DNA from: Candidatus Electronema aureum
Lineage (GTDB): Bacteria > Desulfobacterota > Desulfobulbia > Desulfobulbales > Desulfobulbaceae
Assembly: GCA_004284765.1 (NCBI GenBank)
Contig: NQJD01000033.1
Span: 1-27,489, forward strand
Direction of reading: 5' to 3'
DNA: 27,489 nucleotides
The number at the start of each line of letters is the position of its first letter. Positions within the stretch are counted from its first letter, which is position 1. The position numbers and the translations under genes were made by a program. Shown in pieces: positions 1 through 6,962 of this stretch. Below the pieces are notes generated by a model. It did not search any database. It was not told the origin of the DNA and worked only from the letters and a program-made list of their open reading frames with translations.

Positions 1-157
1 CTTTCATAAGAACGGCGTTTGGCTGGCGGGCATTCGCCCTCTGAAAACTGAGACCAAGTCGGAAGTCAACTTTTTCAATATTATATTGTTTTTAATGGTA
101 AATTCAATGTGTTTTTTAGGGAGCCGTCCGCTTTGCCACTCATGGTTCACCATTACC
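1..157 (-). mobile_element. Truncated end of an IS-like repeat, cut by the window edge; perfect inverted copy of 27333-27489
   Basis: The reverse complement of 1-157 matches 27333-27489 at 157/157 positions (compared by eye). Identity stops sharply at 157/158 and 27332/27333. Read outward, the element begins GGTAATGGTGAACCATGAGTGGC (a GGTAATG start recalls IS1-type ends) and carries an outward promoter. No transposase is visible in the window, so the family is unassigned. Confidence 0.5.
80..107 (-). promoter_or_regulatory. Outward-facing sigma70-like promoter inside the left repeat copy
   Basis: Minus strand: TTGAAT (107-102), 16-nt spacer, TATAAT (85-80). The mirror image lies at 27383-27410. 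Confidence 0.4.
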
Positions 158-421
158 TAAACGTTTGCCAGCGGACACGTCCCAGATACAGATGGTCTTG
201 TCATTAGAACCGGAAGCAAGCAAACGACCGTCAGGAGAAAAGGCAACACTATTTACACCATCCGTATGTCCTTCCAGCGTCTGTAAGCGTTTACCAGTCC
301 GTACTTCCCAAATGCCGATGGTCTTATCACTGGAGCCAGAGGCAACAATACGCCCGTCCGGGGGAAATGCAACCCCGTTCACTCTTTCAGAATGATGACC
401 GCTGAACGCGGGCAACTGCAC
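140..421 (-). pseudogene. WD40-repeat fragment: the out-of-frame, 3'-truncated continuation of the STAND NTPase gene
   Basis: Two WD40 units are present ([33 protein letters not shown]; [32 protein letters not shown]). The frame is open upstream to about 527 ([44 protein letters not shown]). It runs into the 157-bp repeat and stops 5 codons inside it (GNGEP*). Confidence 0.75.
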
Positions 422-489
422 CGGATTAGCCTGCGCCCGCAGCGCAGCCTCCTGCCTGTATTCCGGCCCGTTTGTGGGCGACAGTTTTG

Positions 490-2151
490 TCAGTGCATGA
501 AGGGGGAATACAGATGGGCGTACAGCTTACTGCCTTTACTCTCCGCAGCCTCGGCTTTGGCATTCAGGGCCATGCCTGTTTGCAAGGACTCTGCCTGATT
601 AAGCTGGGACACTGCTTGTTTCAACTGGGTCAATGCCTCCTTCGCCCTGTAGGTAGCTCGGAGAGCCAACAGGCTTGACAGCACTGTTGCCACTGCTACT
701 GTCACCGCAACCCAGAACCAAATGCGGACTCTCCGGTTTGCCGCCGCCCTCTCATCAAGATACGCCTGCCGCCCTTTGCTGTGCTCCAGAAACTGCGTAA
801 CCACTGGCTCCAGCAGGGCTATATCACCCACCTCAGCCAATACCTTCGCCAGCTTCTCACCCGTATAAAGCACGCTCCGGTCTGTCCTGTTGCTGTCCCG
901 CCATATCTGCGCATCCCGCAGCAGCGGCCCCTGCTTGTCCATCCACGCCCGATTAGCCTGCAAGATCGGCCCGACAAAGCGGTCATGCACCAGCTCATAC
1001 CAGGCAGCACCGGAGCGGCTTTCGGCGCGGAGCAGGAAGCGGTCTTCCAGCAGGCGCACTGCCCGGTTGTCCATGCCCGCCGTGCTCTCATCCCCCTGAA
1101 AGACCGTGCCCCTCGTGCCTGCGGGCGTGATCAGCTGATGGTCGAACCAATGCCGCAGCTCCAGTTCCGAGACCTTGACCGTGCGCAGCGCATCAGCAAG
1201 CGCAAGCTCGTAGAAATCAGCCAGCGCATGGTCTATGTCGCCCGCGCCCGCAACCTGCTCTGCCGTGATCTCAGCCGCCTGCGCGGTTTTCTCCCAGAGC
1301 TGATAGCAGACCACCTGCAACTGCACCGGCTCAATGTGCTCGCCCGGCCTGGCCTCCTTGCTTCTGCTGGTGCGGATCAGGCTGAGATTGTCCACCAGCA
1401 GCTCTGCCGCGCCGGGCGCAAAGGGCCGTCCCTGCTGCGTCTGCGTAGCTGGTTTGCTGATTGCCGCGAGCGCAGCCTTGCGCCCCATCCGTTCCATGTA
1501 GAATCGCGCCCGCATCCGGTCGGCCATGAGCGGCGCGTATGGCTCCAGCGCAGCCACGTAATCCTCGCGCAGAGCCAGCAGCACGGAGAGCTTGGGGTCA
1601 TCCTGCATGGCTTGGTTGAGCTGGCGGAAGAACGCGGCCCTGTCCTGCCATCTGCCCGGATGGGCGGTGAGGATTTCCTCGAACTGGTCGACAATTAACA
1701 CGCAGACCGGCGCGTCGCCGCTGTCAGACTGGCTCTGCGCCTCGTCCGCAAGCGGCTCATAGCGGTATGTCCGCCCGTCCGCGCTGACCAAGTTGCGCAG
1801 GAAGCTGCTCAGGCGCAGATGCGCCAGCTCCGCCGGAGCCGTGCTGCCCTGATCGAGCTGGAGCATCAGGCTGAAGGCAAAGATGTTGTCAACCGCCTCC
1901 ACGCCTGCGGGCAGGCCGCCGCTGACCCTGCCGACCGGCAGCGCAGCCCGGTTATTCTCCTCCAGCCCCGGAACAAGGCAGGTGTTGATCAAGGAGGTCT
2001 TGCCCGCGCCGGACTGAGCGTAGAAGAGCACCAGCCGCTCCGAGATGACCAGCGACAGCAGGTCGCGGGCCTCGCGTTCCCTGCCGAAGAAGAAGGCGCG
2101 CTCCTTGCGGGTGAAGGAGCGCGGGCCGATGTAGGGGTTGCTTGCGTTCAT
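490..2151 (-). CDS. STAND-class P-loop NTPase (nSTAND/NACHT-like) with a C-terminal TM helix and coiled coil; N-terminal part of a disrupted NTPase-WD40 gene
   Basis: N-terminal [17 protein letters not shown] is followed by Walker [11 protein letters not shown] and Walker [10 protein letters not shown]. This pattern is typical of NTPases fused to WD40 arrays. A TM segment ([21 protein letters not shown]) and a coiled coil follow. The stop at 490-492 lies just after a G5/C5 homopolymer. Confidence 0.8.
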   Translation of the reverse strand: MNASNPYIGPRSFTRKERAFFFGREREARDLLSLVISERLVLFYAQSGAGKTSLINTCLVPGLEENNRAALPVGRVSGGLPAGVEAVDNIFAFSLMLQLDQGSTAPAELAHLRLSSFLRNLVSADGRTYRYEPLADEAQSQSDSGDAPVCVLIVDQFEEILTAHPGRWQDRAAFFRQLNQAMQDDPKLSVLLALREDYVAALEPYAPLMADRMRARFYMERMGRKAALAAISKPATQTQQGRPFAPGAAELLVDNLSLIRTSRSKEARPGEHIEPVQLQVVCYQLWEKTAQAAEITAEQVAGAGDIDHALADFYELALADALRTVKVSELELRHWFDHQLITPAGTRGTVFQGDESTAGMDNRAVRLLEDRFLLRAESRSGAAWYELVHDRFVGPILQANRAWMDKQGPLLRDAQIWRDSNRTDRSVLYTGEKLAKVLAEVGDIALLEPVVTQFLEHSKGRQAYLDERAAANRRVRIWFWVAVTVAVATVLSSLLALRATYRAKEALTQLKQAVSQLNQAESLQTGMALNAKAEAAESKGSKLYAHLYSPFMH

Positions 2152-2156
2152 TGCCT

Positions 2157-2294
2157 TGAATGAATGTATCTCGATAACGCTTGTGACTCAGACTCATAAG
2201 TACTTGTGACTTTAACTCACAAGTACTATCGAGTTCATCTCATAACCGCTTGTGAGAAAAAGTCACAAGCGCTGTCGAGTTTTCGACCCATGAG
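2157..2294. promoter_or_regulatory. Array of dyad-symmetric operator-like sites (CTTGTGA-N7-TCACAAG) phased at 23 bp, upstream of the STAND NTPase gene
   Basis: Sites lie at 2180-2200 (cttgtga ctcagac tcataag), 2203-2223 (perfect cttgtga ctttaac tcacaag; arms extend to 11 bp) and 2249-2269 (perfect cttgtga gaaaaag tcacaag). Site starts are 23 and 46 bp apart. The intervening 23-bp units are degenerate copies (ctatcgag.., ctgtcgag..). A larger inverted repeat, 2168-2187 versus 2262-2281, matches at 17/20. Confidence 0.55.
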
Positions 2295-2332
2295 AATGTC
2301 TGCCCGGAAGATCAGCGGCTCCGCCTGTTCTG

Positions 2333-2824
2333 TCAAACCAGCACCTGGCAGCCGCATTCCAGCTTGATCAGCACGGGCGAGACGTGGCGGACGGCGCGGT
2401 CTCTGCGGACATGGAGCACCAGCAAGGTGAGCGGGTCAAACACGATCACATCCTTGACTCCCTGCGACAGATAAAAAGGTGGCCCGATTTCCAAGTCCTT
2501 GGCCTCAAAGCCTTTGCTGACCACTTCAATGACGGCTTCAGGAATGATGGTCAGGGCTGCATCCTGCTCTTCCTCGCTTGGCTCATGGCAGAGAATGGAG
2601 ATGTCAGGTCGCTTCAAGCCGCCGGGGAACTGAATATAGACATCCACAGCATGAACGCAGGCGCATTCAGTGCCGTCTGTCTGTTTTATGATGCTTTGAA
2701 CTATGCGTTCAATATGCTTCTGATGCCGGTAAACCGGCTGCGCCTCCCAAAGTGGAAGGCCATTGACAATCTCCAGGCGGATGCCCAGTTCGCTTGCCTG
2801 AAGGATGGATGACTGGATATTCAT
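2333..2824 (-). CDS. Uma2 (DUF820) family endonuclease
   Basis: PD-(D/E)xK-type Uma2 pattern: RPDISILC ... PEAVIEVVSKGFEAKD ... YLSQGVKDVIVFDP. 163 aa. Confidence 0.7.
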   Translation of the reverse strand: MNIQSSILQASELGIRLEIVNGLPLWEAQPVYRHQKHIERIVQSIIKQTDGTECACVHAVDVYIQFPGGLKRPDISILCHEPSEEEQDAALTIIPEAVIEVVSKGFEAKDLEIGPPFYLSQGVKDVIVFDPLTLLVLHVRRDRAVRHVSPVLIKLECGCQVLV

Positions 2825-2901
2825 AGATTACTGTGGTCAGATGTGCAAACAGTTAGTGAAGGAATGAAGGGATTCGCCCTGCTTGATGCTTCATGCCCTC
2901 C

Positions 2902-3897
2902 TCAGCCCCGCAGCCCTGCCTGAAGCTGCCGCAGGTATTCGCCGAAATCGCCCCAGAACACTTTGAACGAAACCTCGTCCATGTAGCGGTTGAGATACGC
3001 CTGCTCCTCAGGCGAAGGGTCGAGCTGGAGGGCGCAGACGCTCTGCAAGCAGTACGAGCGCGTCTTGATCAGGCCGTAGAGCAGGGTGCGGAAATCCCAG
3101 TCCGCCAGCTCGTAGCCCAGCAGCATCAGGGAGGAATCATTGAGGGCCTGCCGCAGACGGTTGGGGATGAGATGGCGGCCTTCTGCAAGGTTGACGAGGA
3201 AGGAAAGGTAGTCGTCCTCGCTGAGAACCAGCGACTCAGGGCAGCTGTCTATGCCGTGCAGATGAAAGACCAGCGGTTCGAGCGCGGTCGGCTGCCAGTC
3301 ATCAGCAAAGGGGCCTGGCGCGGCAATGCGCGGGTGCCAGCAGCAGACCCCGGCGCGCGGCTGCTTGCCTGCGGCCTGCAAAGCCTGCTCCAAAAAGCAG
3401 TGGAACGAGGTGGTCAGGTAAATGGGCAGATCAAAGCTGGCAAGGAGGAGCAGGGGGTCGCTACTTGGCTCGGCAAAACGTGGATAGCCCAAATTGGCCG
3501 CCATCACAGAGAAATGGTGTTCGTCGAACTGCGCGTTTTCCTCTTCCAGTAGGCCGCCCAGAGCACCGCTGCTGTCAGCGGCTTCGGCCAACTCCAGCAA
3601 CCTGCTTTTGGCAAAGTCGAGATACTCCCGCTTAACCCAGTCCTCTGCCCCGGCCAGCTCGCGCATGACCGTGTTGTACTGCGCCGCCGCCGCGATATTG
3701 GCAGCGGAAACCGCAGGCACGGCGTGATGTTCCGTGTACGCCCGCGTCAGCTCCGCATGGCCGCCGAGGAGCAGGTCGTTGTGCACGCGGTTGCTGACTA
3801 TCGGCAAGACCTTGCCGCTGCGCAATTGCTCCAGCATGGCCTGCCGCCAGTCACCGGGGGCGGGCTGCTGCTTTCTGCCTATGGCGATGCGGGGCAT
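2902..3897 (-). CDS. SIR2_2-type (SIR2-like) domain protein, divergent
   Basis: LPIYLTTSFHCFLEQALQAAG ... LVFHLHGIDSCPESLVLSEDDYLSFL ... SLMLLGYELADWDFRTLL matches the TTNYD / HLHG / LvLTedDY / FlGYSlsD layout of SIR2_2 domains. The start is placed at ATG 3897 (MPRIAIG), preceded by GAGGAGGACGCTT. The longer ORF to 3990 overlaps the upstream gene. Confidence 0.7.
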   Translation of the reverse strand: MPRIAIGRKQQPAPGDWRQAMLEQLRSGKVLPIVSNRVHNDLLLGGHAELTRAYTEHHAVPAVSAANIAAAAQYNTVMRELAGAEDWVKREYLDFAKSRLLELAEAADSSGALGGLLEEENAQFDEHHFSVMAANLGYPRFAEPSSDPLLLLASFDLPIYLTTSFHCFLEQALQAAGKQPRAGVCCWHPRIAAPGPFADDWQPTALEPLVFHLHGIDSCPESLVLSEDDYLSFLVNLAEGRHLIPNRLRQALNDSSLMLLGYELADWDFRTLLYGLIKTRSYCLQSVCALQLDPSPEEQAYLNRYMDEVSFKVFWGDFGEYLRQLQAGLRG

Positions 3898-3922
3898 AAG
3901 CGTCCTCCTCAGCTCAATGTGC

Positions 3923-4399
3923 TCAGGCGATGCGCCCGGAACTATACACCTCGGCCAGCGGCAGCTCGCACTGAATGGAGGCAAGGGCAAGCACGTCCTC
4001 CATGCGATGAAAGGCGGCGTAAACCCAGGTGCTGTCGGCCTGCCGGGTTAACCGTTCGATCTTGCAAGCGTATTGACATACCAAGATGTATTCAGCCAGC
4101 GAAGGAATGAGCTGATAATGGGAGAACTTGTCGCCCCGGTCGTATGCTTCCGTGCCGTCGGAAAGTATCTCCACGATGATGACCGGATTGAGCAGGACAT
4201 CCTTCTTGTCATCCGCATACTCTTCTTTCCGGCACACCACAACCACATCAGGATGCGTGTATTTCTCTGCCGACTTGATCTTCACTTTCATGTCGCTGGC
4301 AAAGACTTCGCCGTCAAAGTATTCGTGTCTGACAGAGGAGACTCGCTCTGCGGCAAGATACTCTTCAGGACTGAGCCGGTGCTGTTCACATGCCTGCAT
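3923..4399 (-). CDS. Uma2 (DUF820) family endonuclease, short variant
   Basis: EEYLAAE..RHEYFDGEVFA ... HPDVVVVC ... NPVIIVEILSDGTEAYDRGDKFSHYQLIPSLAEYILV. AGGAG lies 8 nt upstream of the ATG. The segment usually found between the GE-motif and the PD-motif looks about 30 aa shorter than in typical family members (from memory). Confidence 0.7.
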   Translation of the reverse strand: MQACEQHRLSPEEYLAAERVSSVRHEYFDGEVFASDMKVKIKSAEKYTHPDVVVVCRKEEYADDKKDVLLNPVIIVEILSDGTEAYDRGDKFSHYQLIPSLAEYILVCQYACKIERLTRQADSTWVYAAFHRMEDVLALASIQCELPLAEVYSSGRIA

Positions 4400-4413
4400 G
4401 AGACAATCTCCTG

Positions 4414-5259
4414 TTATGGTTCCATGATCACCCGGAAACCCAAGTGGCCGAGCTTGCTGCTCGCGGCTGAGAAGCCCCGCATGGCGCAGCGGAGGTCGTG
4501 CGGCATGTTTTTGTAACAGCCGCCGCGATGAATGCGGAAGACCGACGCGGAAGCAGGCGAGAGGTCATCCCGCCCGTCCTGCTGAAAGGGATAGGCAAAC
4601 TCAGTCTGGGCCGGGCTGCTGCCCCAGATGGTGGATGTCCATTCCCGCACATTGCCGAGCAGATCAAGGCAGCCGTAAGAACTTGCCCCTGCGGGAAAGG
4701 CTGTGACTGGCGTGGTTGAGGCGGAAGCGCAGTTGCAGCAGTTGTCCTGCCAGTCATTGCCCCAAGGATAGAAACGGCCATCGGCGGAACGGGCTGCTTT
4801 CTCCCATTCTGCCTCGCTCGGCAGACGGTAGATACGTCCGCTCTCCGCACTGAGCCAAGCGCAGTATGCCGCCGCGTCATGCCAGCTCACGCCGATGACG
4901 GGATGCTCCTCGCAGCCTGCGGGCGGACGGCGCAGCAGCCAGCCTTTCGGGGCCTCGTGCCCGGCCATGCGGACAAAGGCTTCGTACTGCCGGTTGGTGA
5001 CAGGTGTCTTTCCGATAAGAAAGCTGGGCAAAATGACCTCATGCAGCGGGGTCTCCTGCGCGGGGATGCCTGCCGCTGAAGCACTTCCCATCATGAACGG
5101 GCCGGAGGACACTTCAACCGGCTCAGGTTCATAGGGCAGCCGGGGCTTGGCCTTGCTCTTGCTTTCAGAATGCAGCGTGAGATTGCGGATGATAATATCA
5201 CCGCTGCCTGCGACAATATTCCCGCTGCCGGAAATGTCTTGGCGGACAGTGTCGGGCAT
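4414..5259 (-). CDS. FGE-sulfatase (SUMF1/formylglycine-generating-enzyme-like) domain protein with an N-terminal G/N/V-rich motif
   Basis: GPFMMGS..HEVILPSFLIGKTPVTNRQYEAFV..HPVIGVSWHDAAAYCAWLS..YRLPSEAEWEKAAR..YPWGN..GNVREWT..HRGGCY is the classical FGE-sulfatase fold signature. The N-terminal 31 aa (DTVRQDISGSGNIVAGSGDIIIRNLTLHS) mirror the C-terminus of the upstream protein. The start ATG overlaps the upstream stop (TGATG, 5257-5261). Confidence 0.85.
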   Translation of the reverse strand: MPDTVRQDISGSGNIVAGSGDIIIRNLTLHSESKSKAKPRLPYEPEPVEVSSGPFMMGSASAAGIPAQETPLHEVILPSFLIGKTPVTNRQYEAFVRMAGHEAPKGWLLRRPPAGCEEHPVIGVSWHDAAAYCAWLSAESGRIYRLPSEAEWEKAARSADGRFYPWGNDWQDNCCNCASASTTPVTAFPAGASSYGCLDLLGNVREWTSTIWGSSPAQTEFAYPFQQDGRDDLSPASASVFRIHRGGCYKNMPHDLRCAMRGFSAASSKLGHLGFRVIMEP

Positions 5260-5669
5260 CAGATGGTGATGCTGATATTGCCGGCAGTCACATCGCCGGT
5301 GCCAGCAACAACATTCCCATGACCGACAACGTGCTGCTCAACAGTGGTCTGCCGGATTGCCTCCTCGCCCCCCGGCTGCTTTTTGAGCGCAGCAAGAAGC
5401 TGCTGCGCTAGCTGATGCAGCTCTTGGTCTTTATCTACTCCGGCATCCTTGAGAGCCTGCTCCAGCATCTGCCGTCTCGGTGCAGCCTCTGGCTTCTGAC
5501 TGACCAAATCAACCGCATCTGTCACATCGGCATTGCCGCCGTAGCGGCTCTGGATGAGCTGCTTCAATCCGTTGTAAGCATCTTTGACAGCTGCTGCGGC
5601 AACGTTCTTTAGCGATTCTGCCGCGCCAAGCGCAACAGCAGCAACGATGGTGGTGGTGACTGGCTCCAT
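5259..5669 (-). CDS. Small all-helical protein (Bell/HeLo-like N-terminal region) with a C-terminal G/N/V-rich motif
   Basis: The start is placed at ATG 5669 (MEPVTTT), 6 nt after AAGGAG. The ORF-track start at 5744 is a TTG lying inside a TTGACA box. The protein has a hydrophobic first helix (MEPVTTTIVAAVALGAAESLKNVAAAAVKDAYNGLKQLI), then charged helices, then the tail TTVEQHVVGHGNVVAGTGDVTAGNISITI*. Confidence 0.7.
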   Translation of the reverse strand: MEPVTTTIVAAVALGAAESLKNVAAAAVKDAYNGLKQLIQSRYGGNADVTDAVDLVSQKPEAAPRRQMLEQALKDAGVDKDQELHQLAQQLLAALKKQPGGEEAIRQTTVEQHVVGHGNVVAGTGDVTAGNISITI

Positions 5670-5715
5670 GATATTCTCCTTGGCTTTTGTTGAATGTGGA
5701 TATTCGCCTTGCATC

Positions 5716-5744
5716 TTGACAAGTTCCTGCTGCACTGTCAACAA
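5716..5744 (-). promoter_or_regulatory. Possible promoter of the accessory operon
   Basis: Minus strand: TTGACA (5744-5739), 17-nt spacer, CAAGAT (5721-5716). The -10 is weak. TTGACA and TGTCAA also form an inverted pair here. Confidence 0.25.
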
Positions 5745-5882
5745 ACATGCTGGGCTGTGCCCATGCGCTGCGCGTGGTCGCCATAGAGCTACCCAAGATA
5801 TTTCTATAACGCGCCTGCTCTACCTTGAATTGACGGTGCAATCCGCAGCACCGCCTATAGGTCGATAAAATTCAGAAAAGCG

Positions 5883-5911
5883 TTGACATGCCCCGGAGTT
5901 TAGCATAAATT
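5883..5911 (+). promoter_or_regulatory. Likely rpsU promoter
   Basis: TTGACA (5883-5888), 17-nt spacer, TAAATT (5906-5911), about 70 nt upstream of the rpsU start. Confidence 0.4.
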
Positions 5912-5982
5912 ACCCCGCTTATGCACTTCAAGATGAATACGCAGATGGGACATGCCATTAGTAAAAAGGATGTGATTCTTTC

Positions 5983-6177
5983 ATGATAGAGGTTGAAGTC
6001 AAAGGAGACCTTGAGTACGCAATTCGTCAGCTGAAGAAGAAACTGCAAATTGACGGCATCAAACGCGAACTCAAACGGCGCGAAGCTTACGAGAAGCCGA
6101 GCATCAAAAAACGCCGCAAGTCTGCCGAAGCCCTGCGCAAGCTGCGCAAGTACAACCGGCTGAAAAACCGGTTTTAG
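5983..6177 (+). CDS. rpsU: 30S ribosomal protein S21
   Basis: 64 aa, highly basic. IEVEVKGDLEYAIRQLKKK...REAYEKPSIKKRRKSAEALRK matches the S21 signature (..YEKPS..R.RK). Confidence 0.9.
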   Translation: MIEVEVKGDLEYAIRQLKKKLQIDGIKRELKRREAYEKPSIKKRRKSAEALRKLRKYNRLKNRF

Positions 6178-6191
6178 ATTCAGGCTGTCAG

Positions 6192-6227
6192 GCCCTGTCG
6201 CTGTTTCAGCTGACAGGGCTTTATTTT
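6192..6227 (+). terminator. Rho-independent terminator of rpsU
   Basis: Stem gccctgtc (6192-6199) pairs with gacagggc (6212-6219). An inner gctg/cagc extension and a UUU loop are present. The stem is followed by tttatttt. Confidence 0.75.
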
Positions 6228-6322
6228 GCCCTCTCTTCCCCCCAGTAGTCTTTTGATCAGACTGCTACCTCCGCGAGATTCAAACACCCACGTTGTTGAC
6301 AAAAGCGGTCTCAACGCAGGAA

Positions 6323-6658
6323 TTATAATTTCGCTGCTTCTACTGAGACTATGCTCCCACAATCTCTCAAATTCCCCACCGGTGCGCAATTTCCTGAGCT
6401 GACAATAGTGACAGCTGTCTTTGCTTCCATAGCCTGCAAAAGCATGTCAGCAATTTCCTGAAAGGTAGTTGAAATGGAGTAACGATAGGATGGTGAGGTG
6501 CCGGACGAAGACGGGAAGATTTCAATTGTTGTAGATTTACTGCCTTTCGTAATAGCAGCAACTTTCCCGGAAATGGTTTCAGCTTCGGCTGAATTCATGC
6601 CTGACAGGACTGTTGTTACTGTCATAGCAACAAGAGAAACAAGAATTGTGATTTTCAT
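6323..6658 (-). CDS. Small exported hypothetical protein
   Basis: Signal-peptide-like N-terminus MKITILVSLVAMTVTTVLSGMNSAEA, then a Ser/Thr-rich mature part. An alternative upstream ATG lies at 6691. No family was recognised. Confidence 0.5.
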   Translation of the reverse strand: MKITILVSLVAMTVTTVLSGMNSAEAETISGKVAAITKGSKSTTIEIFPSSSGTSPSYRYSISTTFQEIADMLLQAMEAKTAVTIVSSGNCAPVGNLRDCGSIVSVEAAKL

Positions 6659-6962
6659 AATAGAGATTCTTGAAAAGGATGAGTTAATCATCTGTCGGTT
6701 ATGATTATTTTTCCATTAACACCGCGTAGCTGTCAAGAGCAAAAAACAGCTTGAGTTGATTGCGTTTGATGTCAGCTTGTTAGCAGACACTGCTTTGCCG
6801 TTTCAAGGATAGACACCAAAAGTTTCCTCTACGCGAGCAAAGCAGCTTCTCATCCCTCTTGTTCGTCAGAAAATTTGTCCCACCGCACAAAGAAACAGCA
6901 TCGCATCGTAAAACGCGGTACATTATCGGGCATGACCATCCCCCTTAAACAACACGCGCCCG

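Noticed and set aside
165-395. 76-aa plus-strand ORF at the left end
   Set aside because: It is the antisense shadow of the WD40 fragment, whose repeat signature is unambiguous on the minus strand.
781-1698. Long plus-strand ORF (305 aa), and several other ORFs, overlapping the STAND NTPase gene on either strand
   Set aside because: The translations are Arg/Pro/Leu/Ala-rich with low complexity and no recognisable motifs. This is typical of shadow ORFs in about 70% GC DNA. The minus-strand frame carries clear Walker A/B motifs.
2180-2269. CRP/FNR-family binding sites, because of the TGTGA...TCACA half-sites
   Set aside because: The spacing is 7 nt, not the canonical 6. The conserved flanks (CT..AG) extend the half-site, so I report them only as operators of an unknown regulator.
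5670-5744. N-terminal extensions given by the ORF track (also 3898-3990, 13077-13211, 20041-20106, 22970-23068)
   Set aside because: The extended starts are TTG/GTG or ATG codons without a ribosome-binding site. Two of them coincide with TTGACA -35-like boxes. Some overlap the upstream gene, and internal ATGs have good Shine-Dalgarno spacing or begin signal peptides.
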